Of a DNA stretch of 64,000 bases, positions 1-9,751 are shown in pieces; within the stretch, counting starts at the first letter, position 1; each line of letters starts with the position of its first letter. The notes below the pieces were generated by a model. It saw only the letters and a program-made list of their open reading frames with translations, ran no database searches and had not been told where the DNA came from. The translations under genes and the position numbers were made by a program. The stretch comes from Rickettsiales bacterium (GTDB lineage: Bacteria; Pseudomonadota; Alphaproteobacteria; Rickettsiales; SXRF01): NCBI GenBank assembly GCA_025464625.1, contig JAOAUZ010000005.1, positions 203-64,202 on the forward strand, read 5' to 3'.

Positions 1-587
1 CTGCAGCACCAGAACCAAAGATGCCAGAGCTTCCAGCTCCACCAGTTGCGCCAGAGCCAAAAGCTGTAGCACCTGAGTCCAAAAAAGAACCAGTGGCAGT
101 TTCGATTACTCCTGTTTCACCTACTCCGACTCCAGAAGATGAGTTTACGAAGGCGTTGAACGCTCCAAATAAGCCTGCTATCACACCTTCACCAGCACCA
201 GAAGTGAAACCATCTGCCCCTGTTGAAGTGAAAAAAGAGGAAGTTGCAAAAGATAGCAAACCAAATGGCAGCGTATTGCTTAGTATTAAATTTATTAGTA
301 CTGAAACTGAATTGCCACTCTCAGTTGAAAACGATCTGAAGAGTTTGTCATCTCGTATAAAAGCGAATAACGAGCGTATCACCTTAATTGCCTACGCCAG
401 TGAATCGGCGGATCAATCAACTACAGCGCGTCGTGTTTCTCTAGCGCGGGTTCTGGCTGTACGCTCCTCTCTTATTGAGAATGGTGTTGATAAAATGAAC
501 ATAAATGTACAAGCTGAGGGCAGTAAAAATGCTGGTGGTGAGCCAAACCGCGTTGATGTTTTATTAAGTGATGGGAAATCAAAATAG
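1..587 (+). CDS. OmpA/MotB-like C-terminal domain protein, 5' partial
   Basis: The frame stays open to the window edge (AAPEPK-type Pro/Ala/Glu/Lys linker upstream of the listed Met). The C-terminal 'ITLIAYAS..ARRVSLARVLAVRSSLIENGV' resembles an OmpA-like peptidoglycan-binding domain. Confidence 0.5.
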   Translation, partial: AAPEPKMPELPAPPVAPEPKAVAPESKKEPVAVSITPVSPTPTPEDEFTKALNAPNKPAITPSPAPEVKPSAPVEVKKEEVAKDSKPNGSVLLSIKFISTETELPLSVENDLKSLSSRIKANNERITLIAYASESADQSTTARRVSLARVLAVRSSLIENGVDKMNINVQAEGSKNAGGEPNRVDVLLSDGKSK

Positions 588-664
588 ATAACGAGGTGAC
601 GATATGGTAGGAAAATTCTATCGTACTGTCATCTTATCATCTATTTATCCAGAGGATAAATAAC

Positions 665-1414
665 ATGGCTGGTCATTCACAGTTTAAAAATATCATGCGT
701 CGCAAGGGCGCGCAGGATGCAAAAAAGGGTAAAATACTCACCAAAGTTGGACGGGAAATTATTTCTGCTTGTAAGACAGGTAGTTCCGACCCAGCGTCTA
801 ACCCGCGTCTGCGGGCGGCAATTCAGTGGGCGCGTGAAGAAAATATGACCCGCGATAGGATTGAGGCGGCAATTAAGCGTGGCAGTGGCAACGTTGATGC
901 TGATAATTTTGAGGCAATTCGCTATGAAGGTTATGGTGCTGGCGGTGTTGCTATAATCATTCAGGCACTTACTGATAACCGTAACCGTACCGCACCTGAA
1001 TTGCGTTCTATTTTTAGCAAATTTGGTGGTGCTATGGCTGAAACTGGCAGCGTTAGTTTTATGTTCGATTATATCGGGCGGATTACTTATCCGCTTTCTG
1101 TTGCTACTCCTGATGGAATGTTTGAAACAGCGATTGATGTTGGGGCGGATAATTGTGAAGTCGATGATAGCCAACATATTATAACCTGCACATTGGAAAA
1201 TTTCGTGCATGTGCGTGATGGTTTGGAGAAAAGGTTTGGTGTGCCAGAATCGGCAAAAATGCTGTGGCAGCCAAAAAACACCATTGTGGTGAATGAGGAA
1301 CAGGCTCAGAGTTTACTCAAGATGATTGATGCGTTTGAAGATAGTGATGATGTGCAGGAAGTCTTTTCCAATTTTGAGATTTCCGATTCTATTATGCAGA
1401 AACTAAGCGCATAG
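665..1414 (+). CDS. yebC: YebC/PmpR family DNA-binding transcriptional regulator
   Basis: 'MAGHSQFKNIMRRKGAQDAKKGK..' is the hallmark YebC N-terminus. Length is 249 aa and the gene sits directly upstream of ruvC, as in many bacteria. Confidence 0.93.
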   Translation: MAGHSQFKNIMRRKGAQDAKKGKILTKVGREIISACKTGSSDPASNPRLRAAIQWAREENMTRDRIEAAIKRGSGNVDADNFEAIRYEGYGAGGVAIIIQALTDNRNRTAPELRSIFSKFGGAMAETGSVSFMFDYIGRITYPLSVATPDGMFETAIDVGADNCEVDDSQHIITCTLENFVHVRDGLEKRFGVPESAKMLWQPKNTIVVNEEQAQSLLKMIDAFEDSDDVQEVFSNFEISDSIMQKLSA

Positions 1415-1421
1415 ACATTCT

Positions 1422-1922
1422 ATGACAATAATTCTCGGTATTGACCCTGGCTTACAACATACTGGTTGGGGGGTGATTGCTTCTAGGGGAAATCAACTTT
1501 CATTTATTGCTTGTGGAACTATTCACACCGACACAAAAAAACAAATGACAGAGAGATTGCGTCAGCTCCATGATGGTTTGCAGCAGGTTATCACGCTGCA
1601 TAAGCCGCAGGAAGCTGCATTGGAAGAAACTTTTGTGAATAAGAATAACGCTTCCAGCCTTAAACTTGGGCAGGCACGGGGAGCTATAATGCTTTCTCTG
1701 TCGCTTTCTGGGCTTGGCTGCGCGGAATATGGTGCTAATCTTGTGAAAAAAAGCGTTGTTGGTTCTGGACATGCGGATAAGCAGCAGGTGGCGATGATGG
1801 TAAAGACTCTGCTTCCAGCTAGTAATGCGACAGGTGCAGATGCGGCAGACGCGCTTGCCGTTGCTATTTGCCATGCGCACCAGAGGACAGTGTTGCAATT
1901 AACAAGAAAGATTAGTGCATGA
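1422..1922 (+). CDS. ruvC: crossover junction endodeoxyribonuclease RuvC
   Basis: 'ILGIDPGLQHTGWGVI' N-terminal catalytic Asp motif; 166 aa; overlaps ruvA by 4 nt. Confidence 0.93.
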   Translation: MTIILGIDPGLQHTGWGVIASRGNQLSFIACGTIHTDTKKQMTERLRQLHDGLQQVITLHKPQEAALEETFVNKNNASSLKLGQARGAIMLSLSLSGLGCAEYGANLVKKSVVGSGHADKQQVAMMVKTLLPASNATGADAADALAVAICHAHQRTVLQLTRKISA

Positions 1923-2536
1923 TAGGCAAACTAAAAGGTATAGTCGAAGAATTAGGCGATGATTCATTGATTTTAGATGTGAATGGCGTGGGTTATCATG
2001 TTTTTGTGTCATCACGCCATCTTGCGACCCTTAGCGTGGGAGAAACGGCAAGCTTAACCATTGAAATGAATGTGCGTGAAGATCACATTCACCTATATGG
2101 TTTTCCTGATAAAATAGAGCGTGACTGGTTTCGCTTGCTTGCCACGGTGCAGGGAGTGGGAAATAAAACTGGACTCGCAATTCTAGCAGCCTATTCGCCA
2201 ACAAAACTGGTGCAGGCGATTATGGCAAAGGATATAGCAGCATTTAAGGCAATCAGTGGCATCGGTCCAAAACTCGCCGAACGTATTGTCACAGAACTTA
2301 AAGATAAAGTTCTGAAAATGCCAACTTCAGAATTTGTTACTTCTTCCTCTTCTCAGCCACAATCAGTCATAACTAATCCCTCCGCGAATGACGCTATCTC
2401 TGCTCTTGTAAATCTTGGTTATAGCCGTAGTGATGCTTACAGCGCGGTTATGAAGGTTGTTCAGAACTCTGACGAAAACCAGAATCTTGATGTTCTGATA
2501 CGGTTGGGGTTGAAAGAGCTGGGGAAGGTGCAGTGA
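1919..2536 (+). CDS. ruvA: Holliday junction DNA helicase subunit RuvA
   Basis: 'MIGKLKGIVEE..GVGYHV' N-terminus and HhH 'ISGIGPKLAERIV'; 205 aa. Confidence 0.93.
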   Translation: MIGKLKGIVEELGDDSLILDVNGVGYHVFVSSRHLATLSVGETASLTIEMNVREDHIHLYGFPDKIERDWFRLLATVQGVGNKTGLAILAAYSPTKLVQAIMAKDIAAFKAISGIGPKLAERIVTELKDKVLKMPTSEFVTSSSSQPQSVITNPSANDAISALVNLGYSRSDAYSAVMKVVQNSDENQNLDVLIRLGLKELGKVQ

Positions 2537-2542
2537 TTAAAG

Positions 2543-3433
2543 TCAGTTGATTTTTTTGCCAATAGTGACATTACATGCCACCGACGGAGCAGGATACGCT
2601 GATAGAAGAGTTGAATTTGAACTTGATAAAGCAGCATTATCGCACGCAACAGATTCACCAGCTATTATTGCTAATCTTCCAGTGCTTGGTTTGCCATCAT
2701 CAAGTTTATCATCCATTTGTCTTGCTGCGTTTACTGGGATGCCGATAGGCAGAGCGGAAAGACCGTTAGGTAAACCATATGAGGAATAACTAATAACGTT
2801 AAACTGCCCAGTTCTATAACCGATTCTCGATAAAGTATTTTGAGGGTTTCCACTAACTCCAATGGTTATTATATTTCCTGTTCTAAATGGTGATATTGTG
2901 TAGTTTGGGGTGCCAGTTTTGGCAAGGCAAGTTACAAATACCCCTGTTTTATTCCCGTATTTTGCATATGGATAAGAAGTTCCAGAAAGGGCGACAGAAT
3001 TAGTTTTTCCATCGCCGTAATTTCCTATTCCAGCCAAATAAAGATGCAAAAATAATTGAGACACTTCACCAATTGCATCAGGGTTAAGGCATTCTCCAGA
3101 ACCGTAAGATGTTGGAGCTCCGCCTATATAAGCGGTATCAGATTTTATAATGGTGTTACCATCGCCATTTGCAATGGTAAGGATTCCTGAAGTTGAGCCA
3201 AAAAAATCAGTTGCGTTAGCACAATCTCCAGGGAGGCAGTTATATTTGGTACGAAATGTATTGATCTCGGTTTCTATTTGCTCAACTTGGGACAGCTGCG
3301 CGCGTATATTTGCCTGTTCAATCAAGTCTCGTCCGACAAATATGCCACCAATTATAAATGCGACAACTACGATAACGATGGATATCTCGATCAGTGTAAA
3401 GCCGTTATATTTATATATTTTTTGCTGTGGCAT
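2543..3433 (-). CDS. type IV pilin-like protein (prepilin N-terminal cleavage/methylation domain)
   Basis: I moved the start to the ATG at 3433 (MPQQKIYKYNG|FTLIEISIVIVVVAF), which gives the classic G/FTLIE prepilin signal. There is a C-terminal Cys pair (..VACDN...VACNV). Paralogue of 34152..34898 and 34901..35701. Confidence 0.8.
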   Translation of the reverse strand: MPQQKIYKYNGFTLIEISIVIVVVAFIIGGIFVGRDLIEQANIRAQLSQVEQIETEINTFRTKYNCLPGDCANATDFFGSTSGILTIANGDGNTIIKSDTAYIGGAPTSYGSGECLNPDAIGEVSQLFLHLYLAGIGNYGDGKTNSVALSGTSYPYAKYGNKTGVFVTCLAKTGTPNYTISPFRTGNIITIGVSGNPQNTLSRIGYRTGQFNVISYSSYGLPNGLSALPIGIPVNAARQMDDKLDDGKPSTGRLAIIAGESVACDNAALSSSNSTLLSAYPAPSVACNVTIGKKIN

Positions 3434-3749
3434 GTAATGAATTATTTTTGGTATATGTACTCTGTTACAAATATATAAATTGGACTGCGTGTTATAATAA
3501 GAAACTATAATTACAGCCTTTACAAATAGTATTTTGGTTGTTTGTAGGTATAAATTGTGTATCCACACCTTAAACTCTGCACTCAACCACTTCCCTTTTA
3601 AAAAAAAATATTGTATAAGGAATTATTGCAATCTTGCTTTAATGTTGAAAAATAACATTAAAATCAGGATTGTAAGGCATAAAAAAAATGCAGAAATTAA
3701 CACTTTAGAAATCTTCATTTAACGTATTCTTCAAGGGTTGTGGGTCATA

Positions 3750-4100
3750 ATGATTAAAGACGCCAAAATGTCTGCAGCTAATAATGGTGAGGGGCAAGTT
3801 GTCAGAAATGACGGTTTGTTACTAGCGGAACCAGAGGTGAAAACCAAACGTCCGCCCTATTTTAAAGTTGTGTTGCTGAATGACGACTATACGCCTATGG
3901 ATTTTGTGGTCTTTATACTTAAAGGCATATTTCATAGGAATCATGAGGAAGCAGTCAGCATCATGCTTGAAATACACCAAAAAGGCGAGGGTGTTTGCGG
4001 GGTCTACACACGGGATGTAGCGGAAACCAAAGCAGAGGAAGCAACTATAGTTGCTCGTCGCAAGGAATATCCGCTGCAATGTCGGGTGGAGAAAGAATAA
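3750..4100 (+). CDS. clpS: ATP-dependent Clp protease adaptor ClpS
   Basis: 'PPYFKVVLLNDDYTPMDFVVFIL..FH' is the ClpS core and the gene is directly upstream of clpA. Start uncertain: TTG 3738, ATG 3750 or ATG 3768. Confidence 0.9.
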   Translation: MIKDAKMSAANNGEGQVVRNDGLLLAEPEVKTKRPPYFKVVLLNDDYTPMDFVVFILKGIFHRNHEEAVSIMLEIHQKGEGVCGVYTRDVAETKAEEATIVARRKEYPLQCRVEKE

Positions 4101-4138
4101 AAAAATGACCCAATTACTGCAACCGACGGGAGAACGCC

Positions 4139-6466
4139 ATGTTGTCAAAGAATCTGGAAATCAGTCTGCACCGCGCACTGGCCATTGCTAAAAAATATCG
4201 CCATGAATATGCAACCTTAGAGCATTTGCTCTATGCGCTAATAGATGATCCAGATGCTATATCAGTAATGCGTGGTTGCGGTATCAACCTTGTTGATATT
4301 AAGAAAAATCTTGGTGATTTTTTAGAAACAGAATTAAGTTCATTAGTGGTTGATGAGGTAGAAGAAGCCCGTCCTACTGCTGGTTTTCAGCGAGTTATTC
4401 ACCGTGCGGCAATTCATGTGCAATCTGCTGGTAAAAATGAAGTTACAGGCGCGAATGTGTTGGTTGCGCTATTCTCAGAACGTGACAGCCATGCAGTTTT
4501 CTTTTTACAGGAACAGGAATTATCACGCCTTGACGTAGTGAATTATATTTCACACGGCGTAGTTAAATTTCAAGACACTAATAAAATCACTGAATGGAAA
4601 CGCGGATTTGATGCAGATGAAGCTGCCGATTCTTTGGAACGCCCACAGGCTGCTAAGGAAAAAGATAAAGAAAAATCTGATGCGCTTGCTCTTTATACCA
4701 TCAATCTAAATAAAAAAGCTGAAGCTGGAAAAACTGATATTCTAGTTGGTCGTGAAGAAGAGGTGGATCGTACAGTGCAGGTTCTAGCGCGTCGTACCAA
4801 AAACAATCCGCTTTATGTTGGTGAGGCAGGTGTTGGTAAAACAGCTATTGCTGAGGGGCTTGCTCTGCGTATCGTGCGTGGTGAAGTTCCGCAAGTGTTG
4901 CGCAATGCTATCATCTTCTCGCTAGACATGGGTTCGCTGCTGGCTGGAACGCGTTATCGTGGTGACTTTGAAGAGCGCATGAAAGCTGTTATCAAGGAAA
5001 TCGAAAAAATTCCTAATTCAATTTTGTTTATTGATGAAATTCATACAATAATTGGTGCTGGTTCAACCTCTGGCGGTGCGCTTGATGCTTGTAACCTTCT
5101 GAAACCTGCTCTTGCTCGCGGTGGTTTCCGCTGCATTGGTTCAACCACTTATAAAGAATATAAAAGCAGCATAGAAAAAGATCGCGCTCTGGCTCGTCGT
5201 TTCCAGAAAATCGATGTGGTTGAGCCTACGGTAGAAAATTCTATAAAGATTCTACGCGGTTTGAAACCATACTATGAAGATCATCATGGCGTTCGGTATA
5301 CTAATGGTGCGATTAAAGCCGCTGTGGAGTTATCTGCACGTTACATCAATGATAGAAAACTTCCTGATAAAGCAATTGACGTTTTGGATGAAGCGGGCGC
5401 AGCGCAAATGCTACTTCCAGAAGCGAAACGCAAACGCACTATCACTCATCGTGAGATTGAGGATATCGTGGCTAAAATCGCGCGTATGCCAGCTAAAACA
5501 GTTACTATGGATGATGCTGAAGTTCTGCGTAATCTTGATAAAAACCTGAAACTGGTAGTTTTCGGTCAGGATAACGCAATTGATACTCTTGCTTCGGCTA
5601 TAAAAATGTCGCGTGCAGGACTTCGTGAAGAAGAAAAACCAATCGGTAATTATCTATTCACTGGTCCTACTGGCGTGGGTAAAACCGAAGTGGCGCAGCA
5701 GCTTGCTGTGGCTATGGGCATGGAGCTTCTGCGTTTTGATATGTCTGAATATATGGAAAAACATGCGGTTTCGCGTTTAATCGGTTCGCCTCCCGGATAT
5801 GTTGGTTTTGATCAGGGCGGTCTGCTTACTGATGCTGTCGATAAATCTCCATATTGTGTGATTTTACTTGATGAAATCGAAAAAGCGCACCCAGATGTTT
5901 ATAACATCCTGCTACAAGTTATGGATTATGGTCGCTTAACTGATAATAACGGGAAGATGATAAATTTCCGCAATACCATCATCATCATGACCAGCAATGC
6001 TGGTGCATCTGACGCTGCCCGCGCTCCTGTTGGCTTTATGAAAACTGGTCGTGACGGTGAAGAAAAAGAAGCGGTTATCCGTGCCTTTACACCAGAATTC
6101 CGCAATCGCCTTGATGCAATTATTCCTTTTGCGCACCTAAATCCTGAAGTGGTGGCACATGTGGTAAACAAATTTATCTTCCGCTTAGAATCACAGCTTG
6201 CAGATCGCAACGTGACCATTAATTTGGATAACAATGCTCGTCAGTGGCTTATAGAACGTGGTTATGAGCGTGCTAATGGCGCACGTCCGATGGCACGTCT
6301 TATTGCAGAGAAAATCAAAAAACCGCTGGCGGATGAAGTGCTATTCGGCAAACTCAGCAAGGGTGGAACTGTGAAAGTCGGTGTTGAAAATGGTGAACTG
6401 GCGTTTAGCTTCAGTAAGGCTATGGGCGCTGGCCGTCAATCTGCCGATGAAGAATTGGTGTCTTAA
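4139..6466 (+). CDS. clpA: ATP-dependent Clp protease ATP-binding subunit ClpA
   Basis: 775 aa with two AAA+ modules ([15 protein letters not shown]; [15 protein letters not shown]) and a Clp N-domain. Confidence 0.95.
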   Translation: MLSKNLEISLHRALAIAKKYRHEYATLEHLLYALIDDPDAISVMRGCGINLVDIKKNLGDFLETELSSLVVDEVEEARPTAGFQRVIHRAAIHVQSAGKNEVTGANVLVALFSERDSHAVFFLQEQELSRLDVVNYISHGVVKFQDTNKITEWKRGFDADEAADSLERPQAAKEKDKEKSDALALYTINLNKKAEAGKTDILVGREEEVDRTVQVLARRTKNNPLYVGEAGVGKTAIAEGLALRIVRGEVPQVLRNAIIFSLDMGSLLAGTRYRGDFEERMKAVIKEIEKIPNSILFIDEIHTIIGAGSTSGGALDACNLLKPALARGGFRCIGSTTYKEYKSSIEKDRALARRFQKIDVVEPTVENSIKILRGLKPYYEDHHGVRYTNGAIKAAVELSARYINDRKLPDKAIDVLDEAGAAQMLLPEAKRKRTITHREIEDIVAKIARMPAKTVTMDDAEVLRNLDKNLKLVVFGQDNAIDTLASAIKMSRAGLREEEKPIGNYLFTGPTGVGKTEVAQQLAVAMGMELLRFDMSEYMEKHAVSRLIGSPPGYVGFDQGGLLTDAVDKSPYCVILLDEIEKAHPDVYNILLQVMDYGRLTDNNGKMINFRNTIIIMTSNAGASDAARAPVGFMKTGRDGEEKEAVIRAFTPEFRNRLDAIIPFAHLNPEVVAHVVNKFIFRLESQLADRNVTINLDNNARQWLIERGYERANGARPMARLIAEKIKKPLADEVLFGKLSKGGTVKVGVENGELAFSFSKAMGAGRQSADEELVS

Positions 6467-6597
6467 CTAGCTGATTTGCAGTGAAAAATTGATAAATCGT
6501 GGTTGGTTGTGGTTTTAGCTATTTTCCTCTTTACCTGTAAAGAAAACGCTGCTATAAAGCACGCCCTTAAACCATTTTTCAATTGATCAAGGAAGCT

Positions 6598-6933
6598 ATG
6601 TCCACGAAAATCAGATTGTCCCGTGCTGGAACTAAAAAACGTCCGTATTACCGTATTGTTGTGACCAATTCACGCAGCCCGCGCGATAGCAAATTTATCG
6701 AAAAGATTGGCACATATGAGCCATTGCTGGCACAAGAAAACCCAAAGCGTATAACCATCAACACCGAACGTGCAAAGCACTGGCTGGCTGTTGGTGCAGA
6801 GCTTTCTGACCGCGTACATTTGTTTTTTAACAAAGCAGGTCTGGTTGACACTAAGCCAGCTTTCAAACCAGTTCGTAAATCGAAGAAAGATAAGGGTGGC
6901 GAAGCTGGTGGAGCTGAGGCTGCTGCTGCGTAG
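6598..6933 (+). CDS. rpsP: 30S ribosomal protein S16 with Ala/Gly/Glu-rich C-terminal tail
   Basis: '[22 protein letters not shown]'. The ATG at 6598 is preceded by 'aaggaag'. The track ORF begins at an upstream TTG. Confidence 0.93.
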   Translation: MSTKIRLSRAGTKKRPYYRIVVTNSRSPRDSKFIEKIGTYEPLLAQENPKRITINTERAKHWLAVGAELSDRVHLFFNKAGLVDTKPAFKPVRKSKKDKGGEAGGAEAAAA

Positions 6934-6938
6934 TTTCT

Positions 6939-7006
6939 TGTCATACCGCACTTGGGTTTTCGATAGTGAGATCAAAATGGTTGGTTTTGCCCAGATGCTG
7001 GGTGAC
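6939..7006. repeat. possible degenerate GTCAT-type palindromic element just after the rpsP stop
   Basis: tgtcat...(cact/agtg stem)..gatc ... cccag-atg-ctggg-tgac. This shares only the outer architecture with the clear copies. Confidence 0.25.
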
Positions 7007-7124
7007 GGAGTTTATTGGACGAATTAAGCCCTATAAAATTTGCTATGATACAAAGTATTAATGGGATTTATTATTTTAATGTATTAATATACTGGATAGT
7101 TTTAATTATACTGGGCAGTTTTTT

Positions 7125-7499
7125 ATGAAAGAACCAAAGAAATTTTCTCAAGATATAGCTTGTTTAAATGCTGGAATATTAAAAGGGCTTATTGATGCAC
7201 ATCCTGGAAAAATAGGATTGCTGCATAACACACCTACACCAGCCAAAACAAAATCTGATGAATGGTGTATTAGCTTAATAATTGCCTCAGATAATCAAGC
7301 TGGGTCACTGAAAAATATAATAAAAGACATTGGTTTTGCTGGCGTTAAATTAGACCCTTCTTCATATTCTGAATTTCGTAACAATCCTTCATTTGAACTT
7401 GTCGGTCAGATAGACAGCCAGCAATTTACACAAAAATTACTACAAGCTGCTGCAAAAGTGGCGCAGATTAATCCACCTGCAAATACTCCAAACAGGTAA
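7125..7499 (+). CDS. hypothetical protein (orphan ORF between rpsP and rimM)
   Basis: 124-aa ORF in an AT-rich insert; no motif recognised. Confidence 0.4.
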   Translation: MKEPKKFSQDIACLNAGILKGLIDAHPGKIGLLHNTPTPAKTKSDEWCISLIIASDNQAGSLKNIIKDIGFAGVKLDPSSYSEFRNNPSFELVGQIDSQQFTQKLLQAAAKVAQINPPANTPNR

Positions 7500-7564
7500 T
7501 AAAGGATTGGTGCTGGAAAAACTTGCTCCTACTCCAAGCTTTATGTGTGTTTTAACGGGTTAAT

Positions 7565-8068
7565 ATGGTCTTTGAGAAACTCATTAAAGTTGCTGCTATA
7601 GTAGGGGCGCACGGAATCAAGGGCGAGGTGAAGCTGCGTAGTTTTCTTGAGAATGTAGATTTATTCAATGATATAGGTAAATTTTGTGACAGCACAGGGA
7701 ATAAAATATTTTCCATTAAAATCACTGGTGAAGTTAAAGATGCTATTATCGCTAAAATTGAGGGTGTAAACGACCGTAATTCTGCTGAATTACTCAAAGG
7801 CACGGAGTTATTTGTTCCCGCCTCATCTCTGCCCATTCCTGATGATGGGGAGTTTTACCATAGTCAATTAATAGGATTGGAAGTCCGCCTAGAAAACGGT
7901 AAAAAAATTGGGAAAACTACCGCCATCCATAATTATGGTGCGGGGGATATAGTTGAAATAACTATGGATTCTGGTGATTTAGAGATGCTACCTCTTGCCG
8001 AACCATGGGTTGACGAGATAAATATAGATCAAGGATTTATAGTGGTAGAGTTGGCAGAATATTTATAG
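7565..8068 (+). CDS. rimM: 16S rRNA processing protein RimM
   Basis: 'IKVAAIVGAHGIKGEVKL' N-terminus and PRC barrel region '..FYHSQLIGLEV'; 167 aa. Confidence 0.9.
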   Translation: MVFEKLIKVAAIVGAHGIKGEVKLRSFLENVDLFNDIGKFCDSTGNKIFSIKITGEVKDAIIAKIEGVNDRNSAELLKGTELFVPASSLPIPDDGEFYHSQLIGLEVRLENGKKIGKTTAIHNYGAGDIVEITMDSGDLEMLPLAEPWVDEINIDQGFIVVELAEYL

Positions 8069-8114
8069 GGAGGAGGGGGATAAATTAATATCACCCTCCA
8101 TCCATTCCTAAATT

Positions 8115-8534
8115 TTATTCTTCTTCAATATATTGTTTTTCCATCTTTTCGTGGCGTTCTTGCGCTTCGATGGTCATGGTGGCGATTGGGCGGGCTTCAA
8201 GGCGTTTAATGCCAATAGGGTCGCCAGTTTCTTCGCAGTAGCCGTAATTTCCTTCTTCAATGCGGCGTAGGGCAGCATCGATTTTGCCGATTAGTTTCAG
8301 GTAGCGGTTACGGGTACGCAGCTCAACACCAGCCTCAGTTTCCAGAGATGCTCTGTCTGACAAATCAGGCTCCTGCCAGTTTTCTTCTTTCAGGTTATTG
8401 ATGGTTTCCTGCGATTCCGTTATTAATTCTTCGCGCCATGACAAGAGCTTTTGCTTGAAATACTCTAGTTGATTTTTGTTCATATACTCTTCTTTTTCAG
8501 AAGGTTTATAATTCGTTGCAGCTTTTGCTGTCAT
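8115..8534 (-). CDS. dksA: RNA polymerase-binding transcription factor DksA (Cys4 zinc finger not conserved)
   Basis: 'DLSDRASLETEAGVELRTRNR' coiled-coil tip with the DxxDxA-like motif, then 'GYCEETGDPIGIKRLEARPIATMTIEAQE'. Only 1 of the 4 E. coli zinc cysteines is present. Confidence 0.88.
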   Translation of the reverse strand: MTAKAATNYKPSEKEEYMNKNQLEYFKQKLLSWREELITESQETINNLKEENWQEPDLSDRASLETEAGVELRTRNRYLKLIGKIDAALRRIEEGNYGYCEETGDPIGIKRLEARPIATMTIEAQERHEKMEKQYIEEE

Positions 8535-8719
8535 CTGACTCGCTCCTTGTAAGATTATGAAAAGAAGGTATTAAGAGTAACTACCGCGTCATTTTATCGC
8601 TTGCGGAAGCGGGTGTATAGCAAAAACTGGGTGCTAATGCAACAGATTTGCTGTTAAAAATGATGCAAATTACTAGAATCTATGTTAATTTCCGTCGCTT
8701 AACTATAAAAAACATTGTT

Positions 8720-9148
8720 ATGGCTAATATTATCTGCACGCGGCGCATTGAATTTGATGCTGCCCACCGAGTTTTAGAACATGAAAGCAAATGCAAGAAT
8801 TTGCATGGGCATCGCTATGCCATAGAAGTCAGTTTTTCTGCCGAAGGTCTGGACGCATTGGGTCGCGTTGTTGATTTTGGGGTGATACGCGAAAGGCTAG
8901 GGGCATGGGTGGATGAAAATTGGGATCACACCACCATATTATTTGAACGTGATAAAGAATTGGGTAAATCCATCAGTGATATTACAGGGCAAAATATTTT
9001 TTATCTTCCAACTAATCCCACGGCTGAAAATATGGCAGCTTATTTATTAGAAAAAGTATGCCCTATACTATTTGCAGATTTGAATATTGTTTGTGTGGGT
9101 ATCAGGCTGCATGAAACTCCAAATTGTTCAGTACAGGTCACCACATAG
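8720..9148 (+). CDS. queD: 6-carboxy-5,6,7,8-tetrahydropterin synthase QueD
   Basis: 'RRIEFDAAHRV..CKNLHGHRY..E' is the QueD/PTPS His-triad pattern. Start moved to ATG 8720. Confidence 0.88.
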   Translation: MANIICTRRIEFDAAHRVLEHESKCKNLHGHRYAIEVSFSAEGLDALGRVVDFGVIRERLGAWVDENWDHTTILFERDKELGKSISDITGQNIFYLPTNPTAENMAAYLLEKVCPILFADLNIVCVGIRLHETPNCSVQVTT

Positions 9149-9157
9149 CACAAAAAA

Positions 9158-9183
9158 TAAGGGCGATCCAAAGACCGCCCTTA
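9158..9183. terminator. bidirectional intrinsic terminator between convergent queD and 9209..9538
   Basis: 8-bp stem taagggcg/cgccctta with a 10-nt loop, an A-run upstream and T-rich sequence downstream. Confidence 0.6.
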
Positions 9184-9208
9184 TTTCCTAATATTGTTAA
9201 AACGAAAA

Positions 9209-9538
9209 TTACTTTTTAACAATCATTCCACCTTTAGTGGTGATTTTGCTACCATCTTTCAGAGTGTGTTCACCGTCTGGAGCTGGAGATTTTTTACCAT
9301 CTTTGCCGATAACTTCTACTTTATCGCCAGTGGTTTCGATTTTGGTGCCGTCTTTAAGTTCGCCAGCAACTGTTTTTACTTCTTCCTTTTTTACTTCAGG
9401 AGTAGCAGCAGGAGCTGATGGAGTTGCAGGAGCAGCTACAGGAGCAGATTCAGCAGGCTTTGCAGTATCAGCAGCAAAAGCAGCAAATGGAGCAGCAGCA
9501 ACAGTGGTGATAAGAGTAGCGAGTACAAGCTTATTCAT
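9209..9538 (-). CDS. small secreted protein, Ala/Pro-rich linker plus repeated 'LKDG(T/S)KI(E/T)T' motif
   Basis: N-terminal signal peptide 'MNKLVLATLITTVAAAPFAAFAAD'; no family recognised. Confidence 0.6.
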   Translation of the reverse strand: MNKLVLATLITTVAAAPFAAFAADTAKPAESAPVAAPATPSAPAATPEVKKEEVKTVAGELKDGTKIETTGDKVEVIGKDGKKSPAPDGEHTLKDGSKITTKGGMIVKK

Positions 9539-9751
9539 AAAATTATCCTTCTAGTTTTGTTAGACAAACGGTGTGTCTCACCGTAAGCGATTTGGCTATA
9601 GTAACCTAGCAATTGCTTAGGTTTAGATATACATTTTTTGCTGTTTTTGGTAAAGGATAATATGCTTACATTACAGGGATTTAACCCAGAGGTAAGTAAG
9701 TAACAAAAAGTTAATCTTGCGGCGATTCCTAACACTCAAGCAGGGCAAGGC

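Noticed and set aside
7125-7499. Idea that the rpsP-rimM gap ORF is the KH-domain protein (YlqC-like) found at this position in other bacteria.
   Set aside because: No GXXG loop or KH beta-alpha-alpha-beta pattern is recognisable by eye, so it is left as hypothetical.
8072-8099. Hairpin ggaggg..ccctcc between rimM and dksA as a bidirectional terminator.
   Set aside because: The stem is only 6+2 bp with an internal mismatch and no flanking T/A runs, so it is not reported as a feature.
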